In this document: in pieces, positions 50,308 to 60,699 of the stretch | Position numbering within the stretch: position 1 is the stretch's first letter | How the letters are laid out: every line of letters begins with the position of its first letter | NCBI GenBank assembly: GCA_008632985.1 | Contig: QPGO01000190.1 | Span: 62,001 to 126,000, forward strand | Direction of reading: 5' to 3' | Origin: Psammoneis japonica | Taxonomy: Eukaryota | Length of the DNA stretch: 64,000 nucleotides | Made by a program: the position numbers and the translations under genes | Notes under the pieces: model-generated | Told to the model about the DNA's origin: nothing | The model's input: the letters and a program-made list of their open reading frames with translations, nothing else | Database searches by the model: none

Positions 50308-50665
50308 GGAGAAAACAAAAAACCACCATGTCGATCTAAATGCCAAAGAAACACGAAAACTTTAGAAGATACCAACAAAACAACTACACCGCCAAACTCA
50401 GCGTATTCGAATTACCTTGTACCAACATTATTTACGCCAAAATATCGTCCCACTGATGGCCGATTAATGACTAGAGTCAAGTTTCGGAGAAAACAACAAC
50501 CACCCTGCCCACACAAATGCAAAAGAAACTCAAAAGCTTTTGAAGATACCAACAAAAACAAAACACTGTCATACTCGCCATATTCGAATCACCTTGTGTC
50601 AATGCTCTTACCCCTGTGACATTGTCCCAGTGACAGTGCATTCATGAACGGAGCCGTGCCGCCAT
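50308..50665. repeat. Second tandem repeat, 2 copies of ~179 bp
   Basis: GGAGAAAACAA..ACCACC...GAAGATACCAACAAAA...TATTCGAAT.ACCTTGT at ~50308 and ~50487. Confidence 0.88.
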
Positions 50666-50919
50666 GGTGTTTTTCTCGGATGAATGAGTTTCATTCGCAC
50701 GAGTCAAGTCACATTTTTGAGGTTATGGGCTGAACCACACTGTGTCGCCTCGCGCGTAGAAAAAAAGCATCGTGCCCTTCTGTCTCCCTCCAATCTCCTC
50801 ACCGGTGCCAGGCCGGCCTGGAGCAAGCTGCCCCCCCCCCGAGCTTGGGCCTCCCACAGGTCCTCACCTTTTGCTCCGTGCCTCCCTTTCTCATCATCTC
50901 TCTTCCTTCACATCTCTCC

Positions 50920-53900
50920 TTCACTGATCAGCCATGGCAAAATTTGCCACAATGACTGCACCCACACCCACAAAGTTGAGCATTGTCAAGCTCCTCATCT
51001 TGCTTGTCTCGCGTCACATGGTGCATGACCAAACTCCATTGTGAGAGCGTTGACAACAAAGCAGACTGCGCCACACCCCTTGTGAGACCCCCCACTTGGC
51101 ATCACTGCCTGTGTTGTTTTGTGCATTGTTTTTGCCCATGAGCCAGAGGAAAAATTGCCAACATTTTTCAAGCCAAAAACACCAGCACACCTGCCAGACA
51201 TCTGCTTGCTGTTTTGCCATCCAAGCACAGCAGCGCGGGTCTTTTCTGGCCTCCTGCTGCTGCAGATGTGGCTTGTGCAGCACACAGAAATGAAGTCACA
51301 GCACAGAAACAGCACAGTGCAATTTGTTCAGCCAATGGCTGCACCCCCCAATCATGAACACTCAAAAGAACAATCTCTTGTTTTCTTCCAAAAACTCTTG
51401 CAATGTGTGGCACAAACACAAAGAGCGTCAATGACCAAGAAAAGTGGCAACAAATGATCACACACAACAACAAGGAACAGCGGGTGCAGCAATTTTGGAA
51501 ACCAGGTGCTTCTTTGGTCTGGAGTTGAGAAGTGAGGAGCGGCGCACCAGCATGTTTTGCCATGCCATTTCTTGCCACAGGCTTGCATTCCACCATGACA
51601 AAAGTGCTGGCATCCCCTTCACTTGGAATGTCCGCCAACCCCAAAATGATGAGCCTGTTGGACAGAAACCAGTTGCTGCTTTCCAAGTCTTGGACAGAAA
51701 TGTGTTTTGCTGTTTGTTGTGTGGTGCCACATGTTCTTGTTTTTCTTTTTTTAATTAAAATTTGCTTCAGCTTTCTTGTGTGGTTGAAACGGCAACTGAG
51801 GCATTGCCAGCTGAGGGGGGCAGAGGCCAGAAAGCAAATTGAGTGTGGCAGGTTTCTGGCCCAGAGCCCATGTTGCTCCTGCCAGCCATCTTTGACCACA
51901 GGAGCTTTCTTCTTTTCACTTGACCTCTGTCTGGCCAAAGCTGCCAAAACAGACAGCAGCGCCCATCCACACAGCAGCAAAGCTTGCCAAGCAGTTGTTG
52001 TGCACTGTTGGCACCCAGACCACAGGATTTGGGATTCTGTTGTGTCAGCAAGGTGGCACAGCAAGTCTTTGCCAGCAGAGAGTGCATGTTCAGCACATGG
52101 TTGACTCACAAGAAGTTTTCTCATTTTGTCTCCACATTGTGTCTCCCTGTTTGCATTCTTGGAGCAAAAATGTTTCACTCTGAAGATGTGCGGCAGCAAC
52201 ATTTGATGCTGGTGTGTTTTCAATTTTGAAACACACTTTGCACCTTTGCAACAGAAGTGGAAACACAAAGAGAGCACAACATGGGGGCAATTTTGTTTGC
52301 ACACAATTCACTCCAAGTGCATGTTGATGGAATGCAACAACAACAATGAGCACAGATTTTGTGGGCTCCAATGCCACATTGTTGCCGTTTTTGCATGTTG
52401 CTCTTGAATCTTTTTTTTGCTTTGGGCCCAAGTTGGAGCTTTCTTTGTGGCACACCCCAGGCTGGTGTGGGCAGAGGCAGTGCATGATTGCCACAAAGTG
52501 ACTCTCTTTCTTGGAGCTGCCAGGGCATTGCCTCATTGAAGTGCACAAAACTTGTTCAGCAACTGAGTGGCTTTGTTGACACCATGCAACATGTCATCAC
52601 CTCTTCTGCTGCATTTTTCAAAGAGACAGCCCAGCGACACCAACAGAAGAGCTGCTGCAGCACCTGTCAAGGTTGGCAGCATTTGTCATTCAGCACATCT
52701 CAAACATGGGTGTGCTGCATCTTCTTGTTGTTGCGCACACCATGAGCTTGCCAGTTGCACCTTGTGTTGCTCTGGACATCAAAAATCAAAGCTCAAAAGA
52801 GCTCCGTCAAAACAGACACATGACAGATTGGCCAAAGTTGCAGTTCCTTTCCACAGCAATGGTCAAACTCAGCCCCCTTGTTCCTGCCTTTCATCTTGCA
52901 CACTTTTTAGACAACCAGGTGTGTTTTTGAGCATGCTGTGGTGCACGTGGCTCTTTTGGAAGCTGGTGCATCTGGTCTCTCTTGTCACACTGTGGCTCAA
53001 GAGTGTGACTTTGACACACAGCCCATCTTTGAAATTTCTTGGAGCAAGCTCTTGAAGAGTGAAGACATCTGTCATGAGCTCCCCATGGCTTGAACTCAGG
53101 CACACCAGCACATTGTCTCCTGCTTGACAAACAACTGAGTTTTTGCAATTTTGTTGCTTTGGGTTTTCAACAAGATTGTTTTGTGGCATTGGATTTCTGC
53201 CCTCATTGATGTCTCAAAGACACATGTTGGAGAAAATGAGCCACTGACCTTTTTGTTTTGCTGGTGCCAGCTCTTCCCCACCCTGGGGTGTCTTCTGGAA
53301 CTCTTTCCACTCTCCCTGAGGCCATCTCAGCTCCTGGTGTGGCAAGCAGCTGTGTGGCTCTCTGCAGATGGCATTTGAAGTGGAGCATCCTGAGGCTTGC
53401 CAAGGAGTGTGCTGCTGGTCAGAAGGGTTGCTGCATGTGTCCAGCTGGCTTGGGCCACACAGCATGGAGGCTCCTCCTTCAGCAGATCTTGGTCATTTCT
53501 TGATGCCACCTCCAGTTGATCCCATGAACTGAGAGCTGCCTCACGGCATTTTGTGCTTCAACAAGAGCCAGAGACAACTTCAGAATTTTAAAAACAGGAA
53601 AGCTGTGGTGATGGCAATCTCAGCCTTTTTGTCACAACAATCTTCTTGTTGAAGAGAGAGCTGCTTTGTTCAAATGATGTCAAGCAAAAGGGGCGCACTC
53701 CAGTGAAAAACAATGGCAGTTTAGACACAAAATTGCAGTTGATTTTTAAGGCTCAGAGTGCAATGGATTGTCAAAATGTGGCCACTCAGTGTTTGGCTGT
53801 CTCACGCTGGTTGTGCTGCACTGATTGCTGGAGCAACAACAACAGCCAGCAATGACAACAACAAACAAGCCACTCTGCACACACACTGAGCAGAGTGTGC

Positions 53901-56900
53901 ACTCTCCTCCATGATCAGTTGAAAAACTGGCTTTTTTGTCATCTTTCCACAACTTTAGAACCACCATGATGTGCTGGTCTGCCAAATCCCCCCCCCCACC
54001 CACCCACCCACACACTCACACACACACATGGAGGAGGCAGGTTGAGCTCTTTCATCATAAAAAAACACATCCATGATGGCAGATCTGAGCTCTTGCTGAA
54101 AGCCCTCACCCAACAACTTTGTGCACCAACTTTGGACCTGCAGCTCCAAGTTGCTCAATCTGCAGAGACTTTTCTCTGTGAAGTGGAAAGCCACACACAC
54201 TCAAGCAAAAGGGGTGTGAGCATGCAAAATCAGATGTGATGCAACAGAGGCAATGCTTGTGGCACAAGCGGTGTTCTTCAGTTCCACCCACATGAAGTTG
54301 AGAGTTCTCACCTGCCTTGTTTGTCTCCAGCAAAATGATGCGCCAAACTCCATTGAGAGCATTTGACAAATCACCTCATGGATTGACCCCCACTCAATGC
54401 CATTGCCCATGTTGTTTTGACCATTGGCAAGAAGAAAATTGCCAACACTTTTCATCAGGGTGCAGTGTGCTGAGTGCACACATGCTTGGGTTGCACCAGG
54501 CCATGCAGAAAGTGAGCAGGCACAAAACACCAGTGCACCATCAGACATCTGCCAGATGTTTTGCTGTCCAGGCACAGCAGCATGGGGGGTCTTTTCTAAA
54601 CTCCTGCTGATGGCACGCGCAGTGCACACAAGAAAAGAAGGCACAAACAAATGACACAACACAATTTGTTCAGCCAATGGCTGCCCCTTGCAATCATGAG
54701 TTCTCAAAATCTTTCCCTCTGGCTTGTTTCTAAAAACTTTTGGAGTGTGCAGCGCAAACCAAAAAAGAGCATCATGACCAAGGAAGGGAGTGATTTCACA
54801 CACAGCAACACAAGGAGTGGTGGGTGGGTGTGGCAACCTTGGAAACCAAGTGCTTCTTGAGTCTGGAGCTGAGAAAAGTGAGAGGAGCAGCACATCAGCA
54901 TGTTTTGTTGTGCCATTTCCTGTCACAGGTTTGCACACTGTTGTGACAAAATTGTGAGTGTCCCCTTCACTTGGAGTGCCCAACCTCAAAATGATGAGCA
55001 CTGTGGAGAGAAATGAGCTGTTGCTTTCCAAGTCTTGGGTGGAAACTTGTTTTGTTTGTGTGCCCCATGTTTTTTTTTTGTTTTGAAGTTGCTTCTGCTT
55101 TCTTGTGCATGCTTGAAATCGTCAACTGAGGCATTGTCAGCTGAGTGGGCAAGAGGCCACCCAGGAGGCAAACCAAGTGTGGCAGGTCTCTGGCCCAGAG
55201 CCCACATTGCTCCTGCTGTGTCTTTGACCACAGGAAGTCTCCTTTTGCTTGACCTCTGTCTGGCCACAGCTGTCAAAAAGCAGATGGCAGCACCCATCTG
55301 CAAAGTGGCAAAAGCTTGCCAAGCAAGTCACTCTGTTTTAGCAGATCACAGGATTTGGGGCTCTGTTGTGCCAGCAAAGAGGCACGGCAAGTCTTTGCCA
55401 GCAGGGAGCATTTGTTCAGCACACAGTTGATTCACATCACAAGTTTTCTCATTTGCTTCACATTGCATTTCCCTGATTGTACATTTGGAGAAAAAAGGCT
55501 TCACTCTGAAGATCCAAGAAAGCTCAAGCACCATCTTTGACAGCGTTTTTTTTGTGCAACATCATGTGCATGACTGCCTGCAGCAGCAACTTTTGATGCT
55601 GGTGTGTTCTGAATTTTGAAGCACACTTTTCACCTTTGCAATGGAAGTGGAGCCACAAAGAGCACAACACCACAGCAATCTTCGTTTGCACCAATTCACT
55701 TTGTGCATGTGTTGACAAACTGCAACAACAACGGGTGCAGTTTTCATGTGCTCTGATGACATGTTGTTGCTGCTTTTGCACATTGCTCTCTTTCTTACAA
55801 ACATCTTCTTTTCAGAACAATTCTTTCTTTGCTTGGTGCCCAAGCTGGACGAGCTTTCTTTGTGTCATGCCCCAAGGCTGGCATGAGTGGCACAGACACA
55901 ACCTGTTCCTCCACAATCATGATTGCCACCACGATGTGACTCTCTTTCTTGGAGCTGGGGCATCGTCTCATTGAAGTGTGCAAACTTGCTTCTCAACAAC
56001 ACCCAGTTGTTTTGTCATCACCATGCAACCACCACCGCTCTTTTGCTGCAGATTGCAAAGACAGCTCAGCCATGCCAACAGAGAAAAGGCTGCTGCAGCA
56101 CCTGTTGAGGTTGGTGGAATTTGTCAGCAAGCATGTCTCAAGCATGGAAATGCCACATCATCTGGTGATTGCCACTGCTCACATCATTTTAGCTTGTCAG
56201 CTGCACTGTGTGGTGCTGCAGATGACAAACATCCAAGCTCAAAAGAGCTCCATAAAAAAAAACACACACACATTGGTCTAAACTCAGCTCTGCCCTCTTG
56301 CTCATGCCCTTCGTGTTGCTGCTTGTTGGACAACAAGGTGTTTGTGTTTTTGAGCATGCTCTCCTGGTGTGTGGCTTTTTGTCCAGCTGGAACATCTGGT
56401 GGTCTCTTGTCATTTTGTGGCTCAAGAATGTGACTTTGCACAGCATGTGTGCCATTTCTTCAGCAGTTGAGAGATTGGAAGATGCTGTGTCAACAGCTGG
56501 TCTTGAAAAAAGAAGAACTGTCATGAGCTCCTCTCATGTCTTGCAAACCTGCACCAGCATCATGTTGTCCTCTGCATGAGCAACAACTTTCACACAATTG
56601 TGTTGCTTTGGGTTTTGACAGGATTTTTTTTTGATGTTTGAATTTTTGCCCTCTTCTTGTTGACAGATCACATGTGTTTGCTGGAGAAAATGAGCTGTTG
56701 ATCCATTTGCTTTGCCGGCACCAGCTCTTCCTTGTGGTGTCATCAAGAGCTTTTTTGCATGCAGTGCTGTGAGGGTGGCCCTTCTCTGTGCAGGGGTGTG
56801 GCAAGCAGCATGGACTTGACGGTTTTCATTTGAAATGGAGCAAATTGAGGCTTGCCAAGCCAGAGGAGTTGCCGCATGTCTCTGGAAGACTTGGGTTCCA

Positions 56901-57420
56901 CCCCCAGCAGATCTTCTTGGTCATTTGTTGATGCCACCTCTGATTGGTCCAATGTAAAAGCAGTGCAAGCCAAACCCTGAGAACAGCGCTGCTCTCTCAG
57001 CGCCTTCTTTCATGTTGTGCTTTTCTTCTTGGGGCTGCTTCTTCGTCCAAATGACATCGAGCATTGTCTCAAAATGATCTTTTGCTCTGGTGAAGACTGG
57101 ATGGGACACCTGCTGATGGCCATGACAGGCATCAACGAATGAACCCCACATGTGCAACGTGATGCAGAAGTGCCAGCATGCAGCGCCAGCCCCCCATGCG
57201 GCAGAAAAAACTCTTTCTCTTTTGCAACCAGACTGATGCTGACCAAAGTGTGGTTGTTGTGCAGATGCAAAACATGTCTTCCTGATGACAGGAGTGTCTG
57301 TACCCCACCTCCCACATCTCAACTTCAAACTGCATTGTCTCTGATCCTTGACTCGACCAGCCACTGACAGAATGAATGAATGAAAAAATTGCAAGGGAAA
57401 AAAGGGTCAAAAATGTTGCA
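50920..57420. repeat. TpA/CpG-depleted block 4, made of a degenerate tandem duplication (~51000-53530 vs ~54330-56950)
   Basis: Colinear anchors at 51150/54435, 52485/55920 and 53480/56905. No recognisable protein. Confidence 0.85.
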
Positions 57421-57523
57421 GCCTGTCCATCGCAGGCAAATTTTCAAAAACGCGTAGAAGCCTACATGATTTGTACTACAAATTCTCCCTCCTCAGCACA
57501 TCCGAGTTCCTGATTCCGAGCTT

Positions 57524-57731
57524 TGGGGGGCGTCTTTGGAAGTGAGATCGTCGAAGGCGGTCTGATCGCCAGTGCGTTTGGGGGTTTTCCCAGTACAATT
57601 TGTACGCACAAGAAAACACGTAGGATCTGTCCAGAGGTCCCAAATACCCAATCGCACTGATTGACAGACTGTTTTAGTACAAATTCTACGTAACTTTCTT
57701 CGACAGTCTCACTTCCGAAGACGTCCCCCAN
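57524..57731. repeat. ~210-bp imperfect palindrome (MITE-like or element terminus)
   Basis: TGGGGGGCGTCTTTGGAAGTGAGATCGTCGAAG pairs with CTTCGACAGTCTCACTTCCGAAGACGTCCCCCA, and inner arms CAGTGCGTTTGGGG / CCCCAATCGCACTG also pair. It ends at an N. Confidence 0.75.
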
Positions 57732-57923
57732 GCTGCCGCTTTTTTCCTCGCAGACGATGGCGAAACATCTTCAATCTCCCGAGTCCGTAGACATCCCCGT
57801 TATCGTATCTATACCCTGTTTATTAGAAACAACATGTGCTCGACAAGTGAAAGAGAGATGTGAAGATACAATCATAGCTTCAAATCTACAATTTGGCTTC
57901 CGGTACATTCACTTGTTGAGGTC

Positions 57924-59618
57924 ATGAGAATCGTGGATGTTGTCGCGTTGTGGATCTGCTTGGGGGCGGCGTCCGTTGCCTCTTTGGCCCCCCTTAATCA
58001 CCGCATCAGTCAGGCAATGCGGCGTACAAATGAAATGTCGGTCAGCAACAACATCACGCAAGCACATCGAGCATGCGCTCACTGGAAGACTCTGCTATGC
58101 GAGTGCCAGCGAGAGCGATTGACAGATCAGGTGCAGTGCATCTGCCAAGCTCTTTACGCTTCATGTCTCTCACGTATCGGTCAAGATGAGCAAGCAGTCG
58201 TTTCGTATGATGCCTCTCTTTCACTCAAGGAATTTCTTACCGAAGAAACACTTCAGGAGGTTCTTCAAGGAAAGGCCAAAGCTCTTCAAAGACTGATGCG
58301 CTACGAGGAAGCCAGGAATGTCTTCTTAGGAGGTAAAATTACGGGAGATAACGTGTGCGCTGCAGCAACTTGCTCCCTTCGATTGGGTGATACAGAATGG
58401 GCAATCCGAGTTTTGAGGGGTTTTTGTGAGGACATAAAGAATAGTAGTAGCTTTCGTGCACAGGGAATGCTCGGAGCCTTATTGGCTGTTGTCGATCACG
58501 AGAATGTCGACCATGAACGAATTGGTAGACAACTTGCACAGGGAGCCGTAGCTGAGCCACTCTTCTCCTGGATACATGCAGTCTGGCAGCTAAAACACGG
58601 TGACAAGCTAGCCCTTCTTAACACGTCCGGCGAACGGCAACATAACGTAGATTGCCACTTGCTTCTGGCAAAGGCCAACCAATCACCATTTGATTTTCCT
58701 TCCTTGATCCAATTGGATAATAAGGTCCTCCTTCATCGGTTGTTAACGAGCAAAGATAATGGTTCGGATGGATATTTCTGGCCCACTGGATTCGTGCTCC
58801 CGGAGGAGTCTGCAAAACTACAGGCGCATATTGCTGATTCTCACGCCATGTCATCTTTGCATAATCTCAAGACGTGGATTCTGAAGAAACCATGTGGATA
58901 CGGATCTCACGGCAACAAGTTGGTTACAAGTACTGAAGCAATCCAGACCTCTGAGAAAATGCTGCCGGGTCAAAGATACCTTTGCCAACTAATGGTAGAG
59001 CCGCCTTTGCTTATTGAGGGCAGGAAGTTTTCATTGCGGATTTACGTTGTATACTTTTCGGAGTCCGCTTCAGGTGACGACCAATGTGGATATCTTTTTG
59101 TCTCGGACCAGGGTTTAGTTAAACTTGCTTCTGTCCCCTACGAAATTGGACAAGATAGAAATGACGATCGAGTTCACATGACGAATTCTGGTCGAGAAGA
59201 GGCCATGACGCAGCAAGACTTGGTGTATCTCCGAGGGAAGCTCGACAAAGCAGGCTTCGATTACAGCAAATTCTGGGACGACACATGCAAATCGATACGA
59301 GCAGTCATCGGAAGTTACGTCAAGAATACAATGGTAGAGGGAACGGTATCCTATCGGTCTCGACTTGCCACTTTTGGAATCCCCAAAATCTTGGGCTTTG
59401 ACTACGTGCTAGATGCTAACGCCACACCGTTTTTGATCGAGGTCAATCGCTTTCCTGGCCTTGAAGCAAGGGATAGACGCGATGAATCTGTCAAGCGTAA
59501 AGTGGTTTTGGATGCATGGTTCTGTGCTGCCGACAGACTTGGTGTGGATCCATGGGATTGCTTAGGGATACAACGACAAGAGGACATCGGACATACGTCT
59601 CTGCATCAACTGCTATGA
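57924..59618 (+). CDS. Tubulin-tyrosine-ligase (TTL/TTLL) family ATP-grasp protein with TPR-like N-terminal helices and a signal peptide
   Basis: Intact 564-aa ORF with WILKKP..YGSHG, PPLLIEGRKFSLRIYV, HMTNS and ILGFDYVLD....PFLIEVNRFP. Confidence 0.9.
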   Translation: MRIVDVVALWICLGAASVASLAPLNHRISQAMRRTNEMSVSNNITQAHRACAHWKTLLCECQRERLTDQVQCICQALYASCLSRIGQDEQAVVSYDASLSLKEFLTEETLQEVLQGKAKALQRLMRYEEARNVFLGGKITGDNVCAAATCSLRLGDTEWAIRVLRGFCEDIKNSSSFRAQGMLGALLAVVDHENVDHERIGRQLAQGAVAEPLFSWIHAVWQLKHGDKLALLNTSGERQHNVDCHLLLAKANQSPFDFPSLIQLDNKVLLHRLLTSKDNGSDGYFWPTGFVLPEESAKLQAHIADSHAMSSLHNLKTWILKKPCGYGSHGNKLVTSTEAIQTSEKMLPGQRYLCQLMVEPPLLIEGRKFSLRIYVVYFSESASGDDQCGYLFVSDQGLVKLASVPYEIGQDRNDDRVHMTNSGREEAMTQQDLVYLRGKLDKAGFDYSKFWDDTCKSIRAVIGSYVKNTMVEGTVSYRSRLATFGIPKILGFDYVLDANATPFLIEVNRFPGLEARDRRDESVKRKVVLDAWFCAADRLGVDPWDCLGIQRQEDIGHTSLHQLL

Positions 59619-59634
59619 GTATCAACGCCTCTCA

Positions 59635-60300
59635 TCACAGGGCCAGATAGTCACCAGACAAATCCCAGTCTTCAATGTGCTTCCCGCTTTCAAACCCTTT
59701 TGCCAATGTTGCCTTTAACAACCTCCTGGCAGTATCTTCCGACTTCACGAGTGTGCTTTCTTGGGAAGTGTGGAAGAATTTTCGTACTTTCTCGTCCAGA
59801 TCATGGCATTCAGTAAGCGCCGTCGTCATGGTTGCCGCTAGTAGGGTGCGTAGTTGAGGTATTCGACACTATATTTACCGCAATCTTCTTGCGATAGCGC
59901 CCGTTGAAACATACTAGCATCTATCTTCGCCTTACCAGCGCAACAAATTGACATTGTTGGAAACGGCTCTATCGCACATAGGGAAGATATGTTGACAACG
60001 ACGAAGACAAAATGTGGAGGCGATGAAGGTGGGGTGCCCGACGACTTCTTGATCTATGATCTCCTGAACGAAACGACACTACTACAAACTCGATCTCACA
60101 TTGAGACCAGTAGCCTCCTGGAAATTCCTTACAGACTCAAGTTTTAAGTAGGAGCCCAGAACGCCAAGCGTCCCTGCTTTGTTTATTACATGTAGTATGA
60201 CAAGTCAAATCGACAGAATGAAGAAGATTCCTCTTCCAGAAATCTATCAATTTACTAAGCCAATCTATCCGGCTCGGACTGGTCAATTGCATTTTCACTA
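59635..60300 (-). pseudogene. Sepiapterin reductase-like short-chain dehydrogenase, disrupted
   Basis: INKAGTLG, VVNISSLCAIEPFPTMSICCAGKA, LNYAP and LVKSEDTARRLL..FESGKHI in shifting frames. Confidence 0.8.
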
Positions 60301-60699
60301 ACTTCGAATGTTTGATGAGCTCGTGTTTCGTTTAGAAGCAGTCGTTCAGTCTCAAACAAATTGTCCTGCGACCACGCCACAAATCAGGATCTACTCTGAT
60401 GCAATCCCAACCATCGTCGAGCACACGCGGCATGTGGCAGGCGGAACGATCATGAACATGGACGGTCGGCATGCGTTTTGTCTGAGTGACGTTTTCGTCA
60501 GTGCATCTTGTTTCTCTAGAAACAAACTTCTCTTCGGAGATTTTGAGTGTGTTTGTCGGGGTTCTTACATTCTCGAACAGCCCGAGGTGAAATTCGATCC
60601 GTTCTTCTCCCGCGTGCTCGCAAAGTCACTGAGCGGTGCTGCCAAATGATCTTCTGTTCTCCCTCTTTCTCACACACCCATTGCTCTTTGGACTTTTGT

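Larger units (their letters stand above)
48595..50916. repeat. Identical 142-bp direct repeat (48595-48736 = 50775-50916); first copy abuts an N
   Basis: Exact match by eye, including the C10 run. N at 48737. Confidence 0.9.
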
